Below are positions 37,295-46,457 of a stretch of 64,000 nt of DNA, piece by piece. The DNA is from a virus. The DNA lies in the IMG/VR virus record IMGVR_UViG_3300005976_000005, positions 36,448-100,447 of that record; one strand, written 5' to 3'. Positions within the stretch are counted from its first letter, which is position 1. Each line of letters opens with the position of its first letter. The notes beneath the pieces were generated by a model. That model ran no database searches. It saw nothing but the letters and a program-made list of their open reading frames with translations, and was not told the origin of the DNA. Both the position numbers and the translations under genes were made by a program.

Positions 37295-37624
37295 TCAATA
37301 ATTATTCTTTTTTGAACTTAGATATATTTGGTCAACGAGAGCCTGAGCAAAGTCATCCAGAGAAATCTGTCCAAGAAAAACAACTCCTTTTTCATTGAGA
37401 CTTCTTATTGCTTCTACTATTGCTTCCTTATTCAGGAATGCTTTTAGGTAATCTTGAACTTCAGTATGTGGTGGTAATTCTGTCAATCTACAAGATAGAT
37501 TACTAAAACCTCTTGATCTATCACCGGACTTAAAAAGCCAAAGACCATCTGGCATATAATCAGTATCCAGTCTAGTGCCTACCTTAATATATCTCTTGCC
37601 TTTTTTGATATACAACGTATCCAA
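37295..37624 (-). CDS. hypothetical protein
   Basis: 109 aa ORF, TTG start with GGAG SD. Confidence 0.6.
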   Translation of the reverse strand: MDTLYIKKGKRYIKVGTRLDTDYMPDGLWLFKSGDRSRGFSNLSCRLTELPPHTEVQDYLKAFLNKEAIVEAIRSLNEKGVVFLGQISLDDFAQALVDQIYLSSKKNNY

Positions 37625-37653
37625 ATTATTCTCCTGAAAAATATTCTATTATA

Positions 37654-37682
37654 AATATAACATATTCCAGAAAAAATGTCAA
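37654..37682 (-). promoter_or_regulatory. early promoter
   Basis: TTGACA 37682-37677, 17 nt, TATATT 37659-37654. Confidence 0.7.
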
Positions 37683-37729
37683 TATCTTTCTTCTCCAACT
37701 ACACATGGTTGAAAGTCAAGAGTTCCATC

Positions 37730-37778
37730 TGACGTACTCCCACGACTGAAGTCGTGGGTTTCCCGCTCACTCTCGTAA
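37730..37778 (-). mobile_element. IS200/IS605-family end remnant
   Basis: Hairpin CCCACGAC-TGAA-GTCGTGGG (37739-37758) followed on the minus strand by GAGTACGTCA. Confidence 0.65.
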
Positions 37779-37800
37779 ACCTTTATCGTATTTTTTGGGG

Positions 37801-37899
37801 TCAAAAAAAGAACTTCATGTTAAACGTCTTTGCTGGATAGACATTAACATTAGTTCTTTTCTTTTTCTTTTCTATAAAGTAGTACTCTACAAAATTCAT
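37801..37899 (-). pseudogene. truncated gene with capsid-targeting-like N-terminus
   Basis: MNFVEYYFIE..., 32 codons, ends just before the IS end. Confidence 0.5.
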
Positions 37900-37901
37900 C
37901 A

Positions 37902-38144
37902 TTATGCCTTTGGAAGAGGGCACCACTCAGGAATTCTCCATTCAAAGTCCTTCACACAAATACGGTTTGGACTGTCTGGATGCTTACATCCTCTTGTTCC
38001 AAAATCCATAATGTCAACATAATATGGACAATCACGAACGCTATGTATTACCTTGACGTCACCGTCAACATTTACAAGTCTTTTGTCAGCTTCTTTTCTC
38101 ACATGCCCAAGTTTCTCTTGAAGATATTTTTTATACTCTTTCAT
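37902..38144 (-). CDS. hypothetical protein, CTS-like N-terminus
   Basis: MKEYKKYLQE. Confidence 0.65.
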   Translation of the reverse strand: MKEYKKYLQEKLGHVRKEADKRLVNVDGDVKVIHSVRDCPYYVDIMDFGTRGCKHPDSPNRICVKDFEWRIPEWCPLPKA

Positions 38145-39312
38145 TATGATTCGCCCCCCATTCGTCTATAGATAGAACAGCAACTAATCTACCATCAAAG
38201 TCTTTACGAATTTCGTAAATTTCACCATTATCCATTTCTACTGTATCTATAACTTCATCAGAAACATTAGACAAATCTTTTTCTACAGGTATTTCTCCAT
38301 GATCTAATGTATTAATTGAGTCATGATCTTCAGCAAGTCTTCTTGCCTTGAACTCAGAAAATGATTCTTCTTTCTTTACAGGAAGATTAAGTCTCTTCTT
38401 TATCTTATTCTTGTCTTCTTTTGATATGCCTTTTATACCATCTACCCAGCCGACAGCAGTCTTGGTAGAAGAACCCTTCATCTTATCCTTGAACTTCTTT
38501 ACATACATATCAACCTTATCTTCAGTTGACTCTGAGAGATTGAGTCCTTTCTTTTTTGCGTACTCCTTTGCCTTCTCCTTAGAGTCAAATTCCATGTCTA
38601 CCATCTTAGAACCATCTTTTGTATTCAATACATAAACTGCGGTTTCACCCTTACCTTTCTTGGCAATCTTTACTGAGTCGCCCTTCTTGCCCATATAACC
38701 TTCTGTCTTCAGATCATATGATCCTTCACCCTTATCAAGCTTATCATCTTTCTTGTATGTCATGTACTTCTTATTAGGCTTGATATCCTTTGGTTCTTCG
38801 TATGGTGTCTCAAATTCATCGGAGACCAATGCTTCTCTTTCTTCTGTGTCAACAGCTTCCTGAGGAACCATCTTTGTCCAAGTTATCTTACCAACAGGAT
38901 TACCAGGAATGGTTTCACCTGTTGCCTCAAACTTCTGGTCAGCAGTATCGTCAATAAGGTTGTAACCCTTGACCTTCTTTTTGACTGCTTCTATGATTGA
39001 CTTGATGGACTCAATCTCAGAACCATATGTGTAGAAGTTTAATGGTTGCTTCTCTTTTACCCATTGGTCAACTGCTTCAGCAAATGCCTTGTAAATCTTC
39101 GGATCGTTGTCACCAACACCAATCCTGTGGGATTTGATGTTTTCGAACTCAAGCATCCAACTAGTGTTGTCATCACAACCACCAGCTATTGATGTAGCAA
39201 GAAAAGCATAAGTCACTCCATTAACATCAAATCTTGTCTCATATTTTCCCATTAAACCATCATAGATTTGCTGAGCTTCAAGCTTTTCACTAAGTTGATT
39301 TAAAAATCCCAT
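38131..39312 (-). CDS. large charged hypothetical protein, candidate internal head protein
   Basis: MGFLNQLSE start; internal SFSEFKARRLAE. Confidence 0.75.
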   Translation of the reverse strand: MGFLNQLSEKLEAQQIYDGLMGKYETRFDVNGVTYAFLATSIAGGCDDNTSWMLEFENIKSHRIGVGDNDPKIYKAFAEAVDQWVKEKQPLNFYTYGSEIESIKSIIEAVKKKVKGYNLIDDTADQKFEATGETIPGNPVGKITWTKMVPQEAVDTEEREALVSDEFETPYEEPKDIKPNKKYMTYKKDDKLDKGEGSYDLKTEGYMGKKGDSVKIAKKGKGETAVYVLNTKDGSKMVDMEFDSKEKAKEYAKKKGLNLSESTEDKVDMYVKKFKDKMKGSSTKTAVGWVDGIKGISKEDKNKIKKRLNLPVKKEESFSEFKARRLAEDHDSINTLDHGEIPVEKDLSNVSDEVIDTVEMDNGEIYEIRKDFDGRLVAVLSIDEWGANHNERV

Positions 39313-39323
39313 GTTTTATCCCC

Positions 39324-39635
39324 TTATCTTCTTAGTGCGTCGGCACTAGTGTCTCTTACGTTTCTATCTGCAAACTCTACAACAGCACCATAAAAATTGT
39401 CAAGAGCAGCTTTGATAGGTTCATAATCATCGTCACCATGAGCATTTATGAAATCCACAAACGCTCCTTCTATATCTTGCAACATCTTAGCTGTGCTTCC
39501 ACCAAGACCACCATAGTTATCTGAAATCTTTTGAATAGCGGCCATGTAATCTCTACCTTCTATATTCTCGTTGACGTATGAAGAAACATCATCTTCGCCA
39601 AGAAGATTATCTAAATTGTATTTTAGATTTTTCAT
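39324..39635 (-). CDS. acidic hypothetical protein
   Basis: MKNLKYNLDNLLGE. Confidence 0.7.
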   Translation of the reverse strand: MKNLKYNLDNLLGEDDVSSYVNENIEGRDYMAAIQKISDNYGGLGGSTAKMLQDIEGAFVDFINAHGDDDYEPIKAALDNFYGAVVEFADRNVRDTSADALRR

Positions 39636-39641
39636 AATGTA

Positions 39642-39884
39642 TTACTCCACTATAGACTGAAGTGTTCTAACAACTTCTCTTGGGTCAACTCTCATTTCAC
39701 CAAGAATGTGAATCATGAATTTAGCAAAATCGTTAGAATTCAATTCACTAATCTGACTCTTAAAGCTATCTATATCGTTATCTACGAAAGTATTGTAAAT
39801 ACCAGCAAACCTTTCCGATAAATGTTCCTGAGATGTGTATTCAGTAACTTCATCTTCGCCTAAAAATCTTTCATAATTGCTCAT
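39642..39884 (-). CDS. hypothetical protein, CTS-like N-terminus
   Basis: MSNYERFLGE. Confidence 0.7.
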   Translation of the reverse strand: MSNYERFLGEDEVTEYTSQEHLSERFAGIYNTFVDNDIDSFKSQISELNSNDFAKFMIHILGEMRVDPREVVRTLQSIVE

Positions 39885-39903
39885 AATATTCTATCTCCCA
39901 TTA

Positions 39904-40203
39904 TTAAATTTTCCCGTCACCAATGTCCTTATAAACTTCGTCTGAAAGTTCATGCATCTTAGTCAATGCTTTCCTCAATGACATTTCAGCATCGAATGCT
40001 GCTTCAGCATTTTTACCAGGAGTGAGTCCGTCGATATAATCAGCGGCAGCCTGGACAGCTTCTATATGCTTGACAATATCATCTACACCAGCATCGATGT
40101 CCTTTTCGTCACCATCATCATTTACTTTTGCGGCAATCTTCTCAGCAGATGCCTTTTCTTCATCGTCAACCATCTTGTCAAGTTCGTACAAAATCTTTCC
40201 CAT
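39904..40203 (-). CDS. acidic hypothetical protein
   Basis: 99 aa ORF with GGAG SD. Confidence 0.7.
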   Translation of the reverse strand: MGKILYELDKMVDDEEKASAEKIAAKVNDDGDEKDIDAGVDDIVKHIEAVQAAADYIDGLTPGKNAEAAFDAEMSLRKALTKMHELSDEVYKDIGDGKI

Positions 40204-40214
40204 AGTTACGCTCC

Positions 40215-40544
40215 TTATCTTAAATCTATAAGTCTGTCTTCCAATGCTTTTACAACCACATTCTTTATTTCCTGAAAGTTGTAATTCCTTTCTCTATTCC
40301 AATCCTCAAGAGTTTTACTGACAATCGCAACGATACTTTCAACATCTCTTCTGTCCATTTCCAAGTTATTCTTTTCTATGAACTTGTCAACGGCATCATA
40401 ATCCATTTCTTCTTCAGCATCACCAGGAACTCTCTTGAGAGTTGGATACTTACGGATACCCGCAACATTTCCAACATTAGCATTGTCTGATGAATATGAT
40501 GGGTCTGCCATCATCTCTTCCAAAAATTTAGTAAATCTACTCAT
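40215..40544 (-). CDS. hypothetical protein, CTS-like N-terminus
   Basis: MSRFTKFLEE. Confidence 0.7.
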   Translation of the reverse strand: MSRFTKFLEEMMADPSYSSDNANVGNVAGIRKYPTLKRVPGDAEEEMDYDAVDKFIEKNNLEMDRRDVESIVAIVSKTLEDWNRERNYNFQEIKNVVVKALEDRLIDLR

Positions 40545-40611
40545 TGTTTCTTTCCTCAGGCTTTCATTATAAGCTCTTTGATCTTTTCCTTAGATAATTA
40601 TAATCTATGAG

Positions 40612-40619
40612 TATTTATA
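40612..40619 (-). promoter_or_regulatory. T4-type late promoter motif TATAAATA
   Basis: Exact match 68 nt upstream of the 40544 start. Confidence 0.55.
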
Positions 40620-40714
40620 GTTTAAGTAACTAAAAATTCAATACATTTACGTATTGTCTCATTCTCATTTTTATCAAAATCCTTTCCAAACAACTAATAA
40701 GGAAGTATTTTACA

Positions 40715-41046
40715 TCAAACTTTTACATTTTGAATAAATTGCTTTACTTTATTCAAGTCTTTTTCCAAATCTATATTATTGTTCAATACAAAATCCACAG
40801 CAGATTGTATCACATCTCCTAGCTTTGGTCCTGGTTTAATGTCACTTCTTAAAGACATTACCATTTTACCGTTAACAATTTTCCTAATACTTTCAGTGAC
40901 ACTCCACGGGGCAAGCCCCGTGGCTTCTGCTTAGTTTTCTAAGCATTCTTTTTCTTGCTTCAACGACAGTTCTATTGAACCATCTCCACATATTTCTCAT
41001 CATCTTGATAAAAACTTTCTTTTAAATAATATTCATCGAATATCAT
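40715..41046 (-). pseudogene. disrupted gene: CTS-like N-terminus and CCA-enzyme/HD-like C-terminus, split by an IS remnant
   Basis: MIFDEYYLKES... (ATGA overlap with upstream gene) and ...IVNGK..MSLRSDIKPGPKLGDVI..AVDFVL. Confidence 0.55.
40896..40990 (-). mobile_element. IS200/IS605 right end with tnpB 3' remnant
   Basis: CGD...SLKQEK* coding remnant, hairpin CCACGGGG-CAAG-CCCCGTGG (40904-40923), end GGAGTGTCAC. Confidence 0.7.
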
Positions 41047-42116
41047 TTGTATACTCCATTACTAAATGATAAGTCTCTTGTCGCATAGAAATAGTTTCCA
41101 TCAAAAGCTAATCCGTCTGCTTTCACAACAGCAATGGTTGTCACAGGATTACTTCCAGTCATTTGTGCGTATCTATATGCTGTTTCTCTATCAGGAGCAA
41201 AGTATGTGTTTGTTTTGAATTTTTCCGATCTAAGTATCTTATTTAGATTTGACTTTGATGTTCCGTGGTGAAGTGTTAGATAAAGTTCACCGTCTATGTA
41301 ATTCTTGGGAACATTAAACTTTTCTACACCCTTCAAAACCGAATCCATAAATGCGTCGTTGGATTCGTGGAACTTTGCCGTAAGAGAAGGTTCTCTCAGT
41401 TGCCCGGCAAAGTACTGGTCTATCTTTCTTATTATGTTTGTTGGATTGATTGGTTGGTCAAACTCTTCATAATATCTTCCACCCTTACCATTTAGCTCCA
41501 ACAACACCTGGTCAACACTGTTTATATATCTTCTCAAAGCATTTCTTTGTTGTTGTGTTACCGGTGATTCAATATCAATGAGACCAACATTAGCATCAAT
41601 TCTAATAGGACCAAGTTTCTGAAAAGCAATCATTCCATCAGAGCCACCTTGAGCAGCCGGGTGATCTATATTCTCTAATGCTCTTCCAATTTCTCTATGA
41701 TCCATTTCTCTACCACGAGCGTATGTATTACCGAACTTTCTGCCTGATAAATCGAGAAGCTTACCGTCTCTCATTATATATCCTGCGAACTTTAGATTGT
41801 TTGTCAAACCGAATCTTCTTCTCACCTCATTGAGAACTTGTTCATCGGTGGATACTTCCTTCTTCTCAACAGCTCTTTTTATAGCTTCATAATGATGCGG
41901 TAATGCTTCCTTATTGATTGGTTTATTTCTGTCAAAAAAGTTCCTTTTCAAAATTGCCTTGACATCATCAGGACCTCTCCAATCAAATCCCTTACGCTTC
42001 ATGTAAGTGTTTATCTTACTGAAAACTGTTTTAGGAACGTCATCCAAACTGTTGATTATTATTTTGTCATCAAGGACCTCAAAGTCCTCTCTTATATAGA
42101 AAGCTTCGAATCTCAT
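41043..42116 (-). CDS. multidomain protein with C-terminal ADP-ribosyltransferase-like domain, CTS-like N-terminus
   Basis: MRFEAFYIRE; LHHGTS...ILRS..F...TYFAPDRETAYRYA. Confidence 0.6.
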   Translation of the reverse strand: MRFEAFYIREDFEVLDDKIIINSLDDVPKTVFSKINTYMKRKGFDWRGPDDVKAILKRNFFDRNKPINKEALPHHYEAIKRAVEKKEVSTDEQVLNEVRRRFGLTNNLKFAGYIMRDGKLLDLSGRKFGNTYARGREMDHREIGRALENIDHPAAQGGSDGMIAFQKLGPIRIDANVGLIDIESPVTQQQRNALRRYINSVDQVLLELNGKGGRYYEEFDQPINPTNIIRKIDQYFAGQLREPSLTAKFHESNDAFMDSVLKGVEKFNVPKNYIDGELYLTLHHGTSKSNLNKILRSEKFKTNTYFAPDRETAYRYAQMTGSNPVTTIAVVKADGLAFDGNYFYATRDLSFSNGVYK

Positions 42117-42125
42117 TGTATCCTC

Positions 42126-42458
42126 TTACATAGCATGTGTTGGTACTTCTTCAAATTCTACTTCTTCTGGATTTTCACCCATCTCTCTGAGTTTTCTAAT
42201 AGCGAACTTCTTTGGCATTTCAGTAGGTGTATATCCCCAACGAACTTCTCTTTCTTCCATAGGTTTATGACTGGTATCAAAAACGAACTCAAGATATCTA
42301 CCTTGTGGATTAGGAACATCTCTTGAAACCTTTACAACAATATCACCACTATCCTGGATTTCCTTTCTCCATTTGAAAGTTCTACCTATTTCCATTTCAT
42401 CGTCTTTCCAATCTCGATCTCTTCCAAGAGCCTCTTTAAGATATTCATTAAAAGCCAT
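42126..42458 (-). CDS. hypothetical protein, CTS-like N-terminus
   Basis: MAFNEYLKE. Confidence 0.7.
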   Translation of the reverse strand: MAFNEYLKEALGRDRDWKDDEMEIGRTFKWRKEIQDSGDIVVKVSRDVPNPQGRYLEFVFDTSHKPMEEREVRWGYTPTEMPKKFAIRKLREMGENPEEVEFEEVPTHAM

Positions 42459-42871
42459 TATTCTTCTCCTTCATCTTCCATTGCTTCTTCTTTAGTATCG
42501 TGAACAGTTCCTTCCGGATGTTGTGGTGGTGAGTATATTGCGTAGAGCTTTATACCTTCTTCTCCAGCAATAATGTTATGTTTCACACCACCTGGAACTA
42601 TAAAAGCCGAACCGTCTTTTATGTCATACTTCTTACCGTCCATAACCAGTTTACCAGAACCACCATCAATTCTGAAGAACTGATCTGGATCATGAATCTC
42701 TTCTCCAATATCTTCGTTGGGTTTTAGTGACATTAGTACTAATTGCATGTTGTCACCAGTAAATAATGACTTTCTGAATTTGTCATTATCAACAGTATCT
42801 TTCTCGATATCTGTAACAAATCCAACTTCTTGACTCTCTTCTGCTTCTCTTACAAAATCTCTAAAACTCAT
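42458..42871 (-). CDS. cupin-domain protein, CTS-like N-terminus
   Basis: MSFRDFVRE; IGEEIH..DQFFRI..G.G, VPGG.KHNI, YSPPQHP. Confidence 0.88.
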   Translation of the reverse strand: MSFRDFVREAEESQEVGFVTDIEKDTVDNDKFRKSLFTGDNMQLVLMSLKPNEDIGEEIHDPDQFFRIDGGSGKLVMDGKKYDIKDGSAFIVPGGVKHNIIAGEEGIKLYAIYSPPQHPEGTVHDTKEEAMEDEGEE

Positions 42872-43497
42872 TTTGATTCTCTCACTTTACCTGGTATGAA
42901 AACCTCAAGATGATCTCTTGACATTGTTATTGTTTCGCTTCTTCCTCTCTTGTATGGATCGAAGACTTTAGATTTGTAAGCTTCCTTGTTCCAACTAGAG
43001 GGAGTTCTCAAATACTTTCTATCCATAGCTATAACTTTTTTCAGAAGTTTGGGTAAATCCTTTGTGTGGACTTTTACCCAAGAACCCTTATATTCTTTAC
43101 CAACTCCCATCTTCTTTGCTGGTTCAACAAAGTGAGTCCAGATATCTCCGTGGTGCTGAAACTTCTTTATTGGAGGAAATCTCATTGTTTCCTCTCCACT
43201 TTTGTCAACACCCTTGACCATTATATCCTTATTCCAAGCAGCAAGAAACGGCTCCACATAAGGCCAGATGAAAGCATAAATCCCCTTCTTCTCTGGTGGT
43301 GTATGGAACCCTGCTACTGGATTTTCAGAATCCACGAATTTTCTTTCCTTCTTTTTGTCCCTCTTAGGGTTCATGTGTCCCCATCGAGTAAACATAATCT
43401 TTGGATCAGATTTCTTATCTCTTGCCTTTACTTTGACAACAGAATCATCTTCATCGCCTATATAGTAATGTGCCTCAAATTTATTTTCCGTCTTCAT
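42868..43497 (-). CDS. hypothetical protein
   Basis: Probable start MKTENKFEAHYYIGDE. Confidence 0.65.
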   Translation of the reverse strand: MKTENKFEAHYYIGDEDDSVVKVKARDKKSDPKIMFTRWGHMNPKRDKKKERKFVDSENPVAGFHTPPEKKGIYAFIWPYVEPFLAAWNKDIMVKGVDKSGEETMRFPPIKKFQHHGDIWTHFVEPAKKMGVGKEYKGSWVKVHTKDLPKLLKKVIAMDRKYLRTPSSWNKEAYKSKVFDPYKRGRSETITMSRDHLEVFIPGKVRESK

Positions 43498-44070
43498 CCG
43501 AATTTCCTTCTGGGTCTGAAAGCTGGAAACTAATTTGATCTTTGTACTTAGCAAAGTCTACAAGATAAACGTCATTTTCAGAAAACTTTATTAGCTCAAA
43601 TTTCTTTTCATCTTCTATATCTTTTGGAAACTTCTCCCATTTCTTATCTTCATAATTCCAAAATCTCTTTATTGCGTCGAGCGGAACTTGGTGAGCCGCT
43701 GCGACTTTATGTCCTGCCTTTTCAATTTCGATTGCTTTAGCAGAATCATCTGTTGCTACAACAAGTTTACCTTCATCAAATTCGTCAAAGGATTTTGGTC
43801 TGTCAGCAGAGTAATAGAAAGTTAAAACTCTCTTCTCTTCTGTTTGTGGCTTAGGGACATCGGTCTTGACATGTGGGTCCTTTTGCTTCCTTTTAATCTT
43901 TACTTCAAGAGGAGCATACTTCCACTGCTCATCTGAAGGAAGACTCTTTACCTTGACCTTATTTCTTTGACCAGTAGAAGTTCTATGCCATATTTTTTTT
44001 TTTGCCGCCAATCATCATTCTGACTGCCGGTATCATATTCCGTTATCAAATAAAAAAAAGAAAAATTCAT
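43481..44070 (-). CDS. hypothetical protein frameshifted in an A11 tract (true start 44070)
   Basis: AAGGAGG SD before MNFSFFYLITE; one extra A joins it to the 43481-44011 frame. Confidence 0.6.
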
Positions 44071-44134
44071 AGCAATAGCGCCTCCTTAAGAACAAAAACA
44101 TTATATAAATTCATAATATGTCTCCTAAAACTTT

Positions 44135-44174
44135 TATAAATACAAATTCTGCTGTCTCCCTTATTATATTTATA
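44135..44174. promoter_or_regulatory. two opposed TATAAATA late-promoter motifs
   Basis: Plus strand 44135-44142, minus strand 44167-44174. Confidence 0.5.
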
Positions 44175-44199
44175 TTTTTTATTAAAAAAGGAATTCAAA

Positions 44200-44343
44200 A
44201 TGTCTAAAAAATTAACCAATCAAGAAGTCATTCAAAGAATTCAGAAAACTTTTCCAAATCACAATTATGACTATTCTCAAATTAACTGGCAAGGATTTGA
44301 TAAACCCTTAAAAGTTCTTAATCAGAATCTCTTCTCTTTTTGA
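44200..44343 (+). pseudogene. homing-endonuclease-like N-terminal remnant (DUF723-type)
   Basis: MSKKLTNQEVIQRIQKTFPNHNYDYSQINW; AAGGA SD. Confidence 0.65.
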
Positions 44344-45114
44344 TGAATGTTTCTTTAGTCTATTTCCATTCTGACAGTTTATACCATACTTTACAAAATT
44401 GAACTTGTCAGAAGAGTACATCTTTCTCAAACCATCAAATTCATAATAGCTTATTATAACTTTACCCTTAACTGTATTTATACATTCTGATAATCTATTG
44501 TGAATATCCTTTTTACCAATAGTGTAATATCGCTCACAGTCGAAGTATGGCGGGTCTATATAAAACAACATTCCATCTCTATCATGCTTCCTAATACAAT
44601 CTTCAAAGTCAAGGTTTTCAAAATCAGTAATCTTAGACAAACTATTCAAAATTTTTGGGTTCTTAAGCTTATCTATCAATTGCTCATATTTTGAACGGTA
44701 CTTACTTCTATCAAGAATTGTTATCTTGCTTTTATTACTCAAAGTGTTGCCAGCAAATATTTGAGTCTGTATATAAGCAAATTTAGCGGCAATATCAAAA
44801 TCAGGCTCATCAATTCTACTCTCTATGCCAATGTTAAAAATTTCATCTCTGAATCTAATAAACAATTCTGGGTCCTGTGGTCTGTGCTTTTCAAGCTCTT
44901 TCTTCATTCTGTGAGGATTTATAGAGCAACATTTGAACAAATTGACCATTTGCGAATTCACATCGTTATAAATGATGCTGCTTTTAGTCATTTCAGACTG
45001 AATATAAATCCAAAAAGCACCTGAAAAAGGTTCACAATATCCGTCAAAGTGATTTGGAAACTCTGGTAAAATATACTTAGCGTGAAACTTCTTTCCACCA
45101 ATATACGAAATCAT
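44308..45114 (-). CDS. DNA N6-adenine methyltransferase (D12/Dam class)
   Basis: YIGGKK, YCEPFSGA, NDVN, FYIDPPY; start refined to MISY. Confidence 0.92.
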   Translation of the reverse strand: MISYIGGKKFHAKYILPEFPNHFDGYCEPFSGAFWIYIQSEMTKSSIIYNDVNSQMVNLFKCCSINPHRMKKELEKHRPQDPELFIRFRDEIFNIGIESRIDEPDFDIAAKFAYIQTQIFAGNTLSNKSKITILDRSKYRSKYEQLIDKLKNPKILNSLSKITDFENLDFEDCIRKHDRDGMLFYIDPPYFDCERYYTIGKKDIHNRLSECINTVKGKVIISYYEFDGLRKMYSSDKFNFVKYGINCQNGNRLKKHSSKREEILIKNF

Positions 45115-45159
45115 ACAGACTCCTCGACAAAAATAGACATACCTTACCAATATGTCTAT

Positions 45160-45188
45160 AATATAATAAATTACCAAGTATATGTCAA
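45160..45188 (-). promoter_or_regulatory. early promoter of the methyltransferase
   Basis: TTGACA 45188-45183, 17 nt, TATATT 45165-45160. Confidence 0.7.
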
Positions 45189-45191
45189 ATA

Positions 45192-46457
45192 TTATTCTAC
45201 GAAGAAAGGTTTAAAATCCATCCAAAGATTTAGTTTACCTTCTTCCTTAATTGGTATCTTGAGTCTTAGAAACTCAACATCATTGTTTCCATAGAATACA
45301 AGCGAGAAAGAATTTGTTTTCTCTGAAATTTTTTCCATTCTCATATAGAACTTGTCATTGAAATTATCTACCAGCTTTTTGAACCCTTTACTTGTTTTTG
45401 TTGAAATAACCCTTGTATTGTTAGATTGAGTTACAGCTAAATAAATTTCTTCACTACCAAGACCTATAGAATTAACAAAGCTTTCGTTTATTCTATCACC
45501 ATTATCTTTATATACTTCGTTAAAAATATCTATAACGAAGTCTCTAATTATCTGGTATCTGGATTTACCACCTTCTTCCATTGGCTGGTTCATAAATTCG
45601 GTTGCTAATGTGCTATAATCAGGAACTTTTTTCTTTTTAAGACTTCTTTTCAGTTTACTAAACTCCGAAGCTAACTTAGATATTTCTGGAATTCTTCTAA
45701 TAACATCTTTTGCTTCTGTAGACAATTCATCATCCTCTATCTTATCCAACAAATTTTTCACAAACTTAGCTCCAGTACCTTCAACATTAGGAAACATAAC
45801 TTTCTTTATGAAGCTAATAAATGTAGAATTTACGAGGTTGATACTAAAACCACTGTATGCTTTCAACGAAGCAAAAATCTCCTGAACAACCTTCTGCTCT
45901 GACATCTTCGTAACAATCAAGTCAGCAGTTGTCTCAAACTTCCTAGACTCACCAGCAAGCTCAATATCAAAAAGACAAAGAGCACTATCTTCCGATGATG
46001 AAATTTCTGTAAAGATTTTCTCAGCCAATGCCTCACCTTGTTGCTCTGATGTTCTTATCTTTCCACTTAGATTTTTCTGTTCTTTCTCCCCCCACTTAAC
46101 ATTCTCAATTTTTTCTGTTCTATACCTATTCATTTCATTGTTAAGTTCTTCAAGTAGATTTTTACTCTTGATTTTAAACCCACTATCCAACAAGTTCTTA
46201 CATAGATTATACGCAGTTACTCTTTCCACATAATAACCTATTCTCGACTTGAGGTCCGACTTTCTGTCTTCACCATTTGATTCTTTCATGTTATTGGATA
46301 CTCCTAAACTAATTCTTTTGGTTTGACCAAAATTCAACATAGAAAATAGCTTCTTTATACTATTAACAATTTTTCTAAATGAACTCTTGATCCATTGAGT
46401 TATGTTAGGTATAGTGATGTTCTCATGAAAGTAAAAATCATCGAACCTCATTTTCAT
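45192..46457 (-). CDS. putative PD-(D/E)XK restriction-endonuclease-like protein, CTS-like N-terminus
   Basis: MRFDDFYFHE; IGYYVE helix, TADLIV...ASLK. Confidence 0.5.
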   Translation of the reverse strand: MKMRFDDFYFHENITIPNITQWIKSSFRKIVNSIKKLFSMLNFGQTKRISLGVSNNMKESNGEDRKSDLKSRIGYYVERVTAYNLCKNLLDSGFKIKSKNLLEELNNEMNRYRTEKIENVKWGEKEQKNLSGKIRTSEQQGEALAEKIFTEISSSEDSALCLFDIELAGESRKFETTADLIVTKMSEQKVVQEIFASLKAYSGFSINLVNSTFISFIKKVMFPNVEGTGAKFVKNLLDKIEDDELSTEAKDVIRRIPEISKLASEFSKLKRSLKKKKVPDYSTLATEFMNQPMEEGGKSRYQIIRDFVIDIFNEVYKDNGDRINESFVNSIGLGSEEIYLAVTQSNNTRVISTKTSKGFKKLVDNFNDKFYMRMEKISEKTNSFSLVFYGNNDVEFLRLKIPIKEEGKLNLWMDFKPFFVE

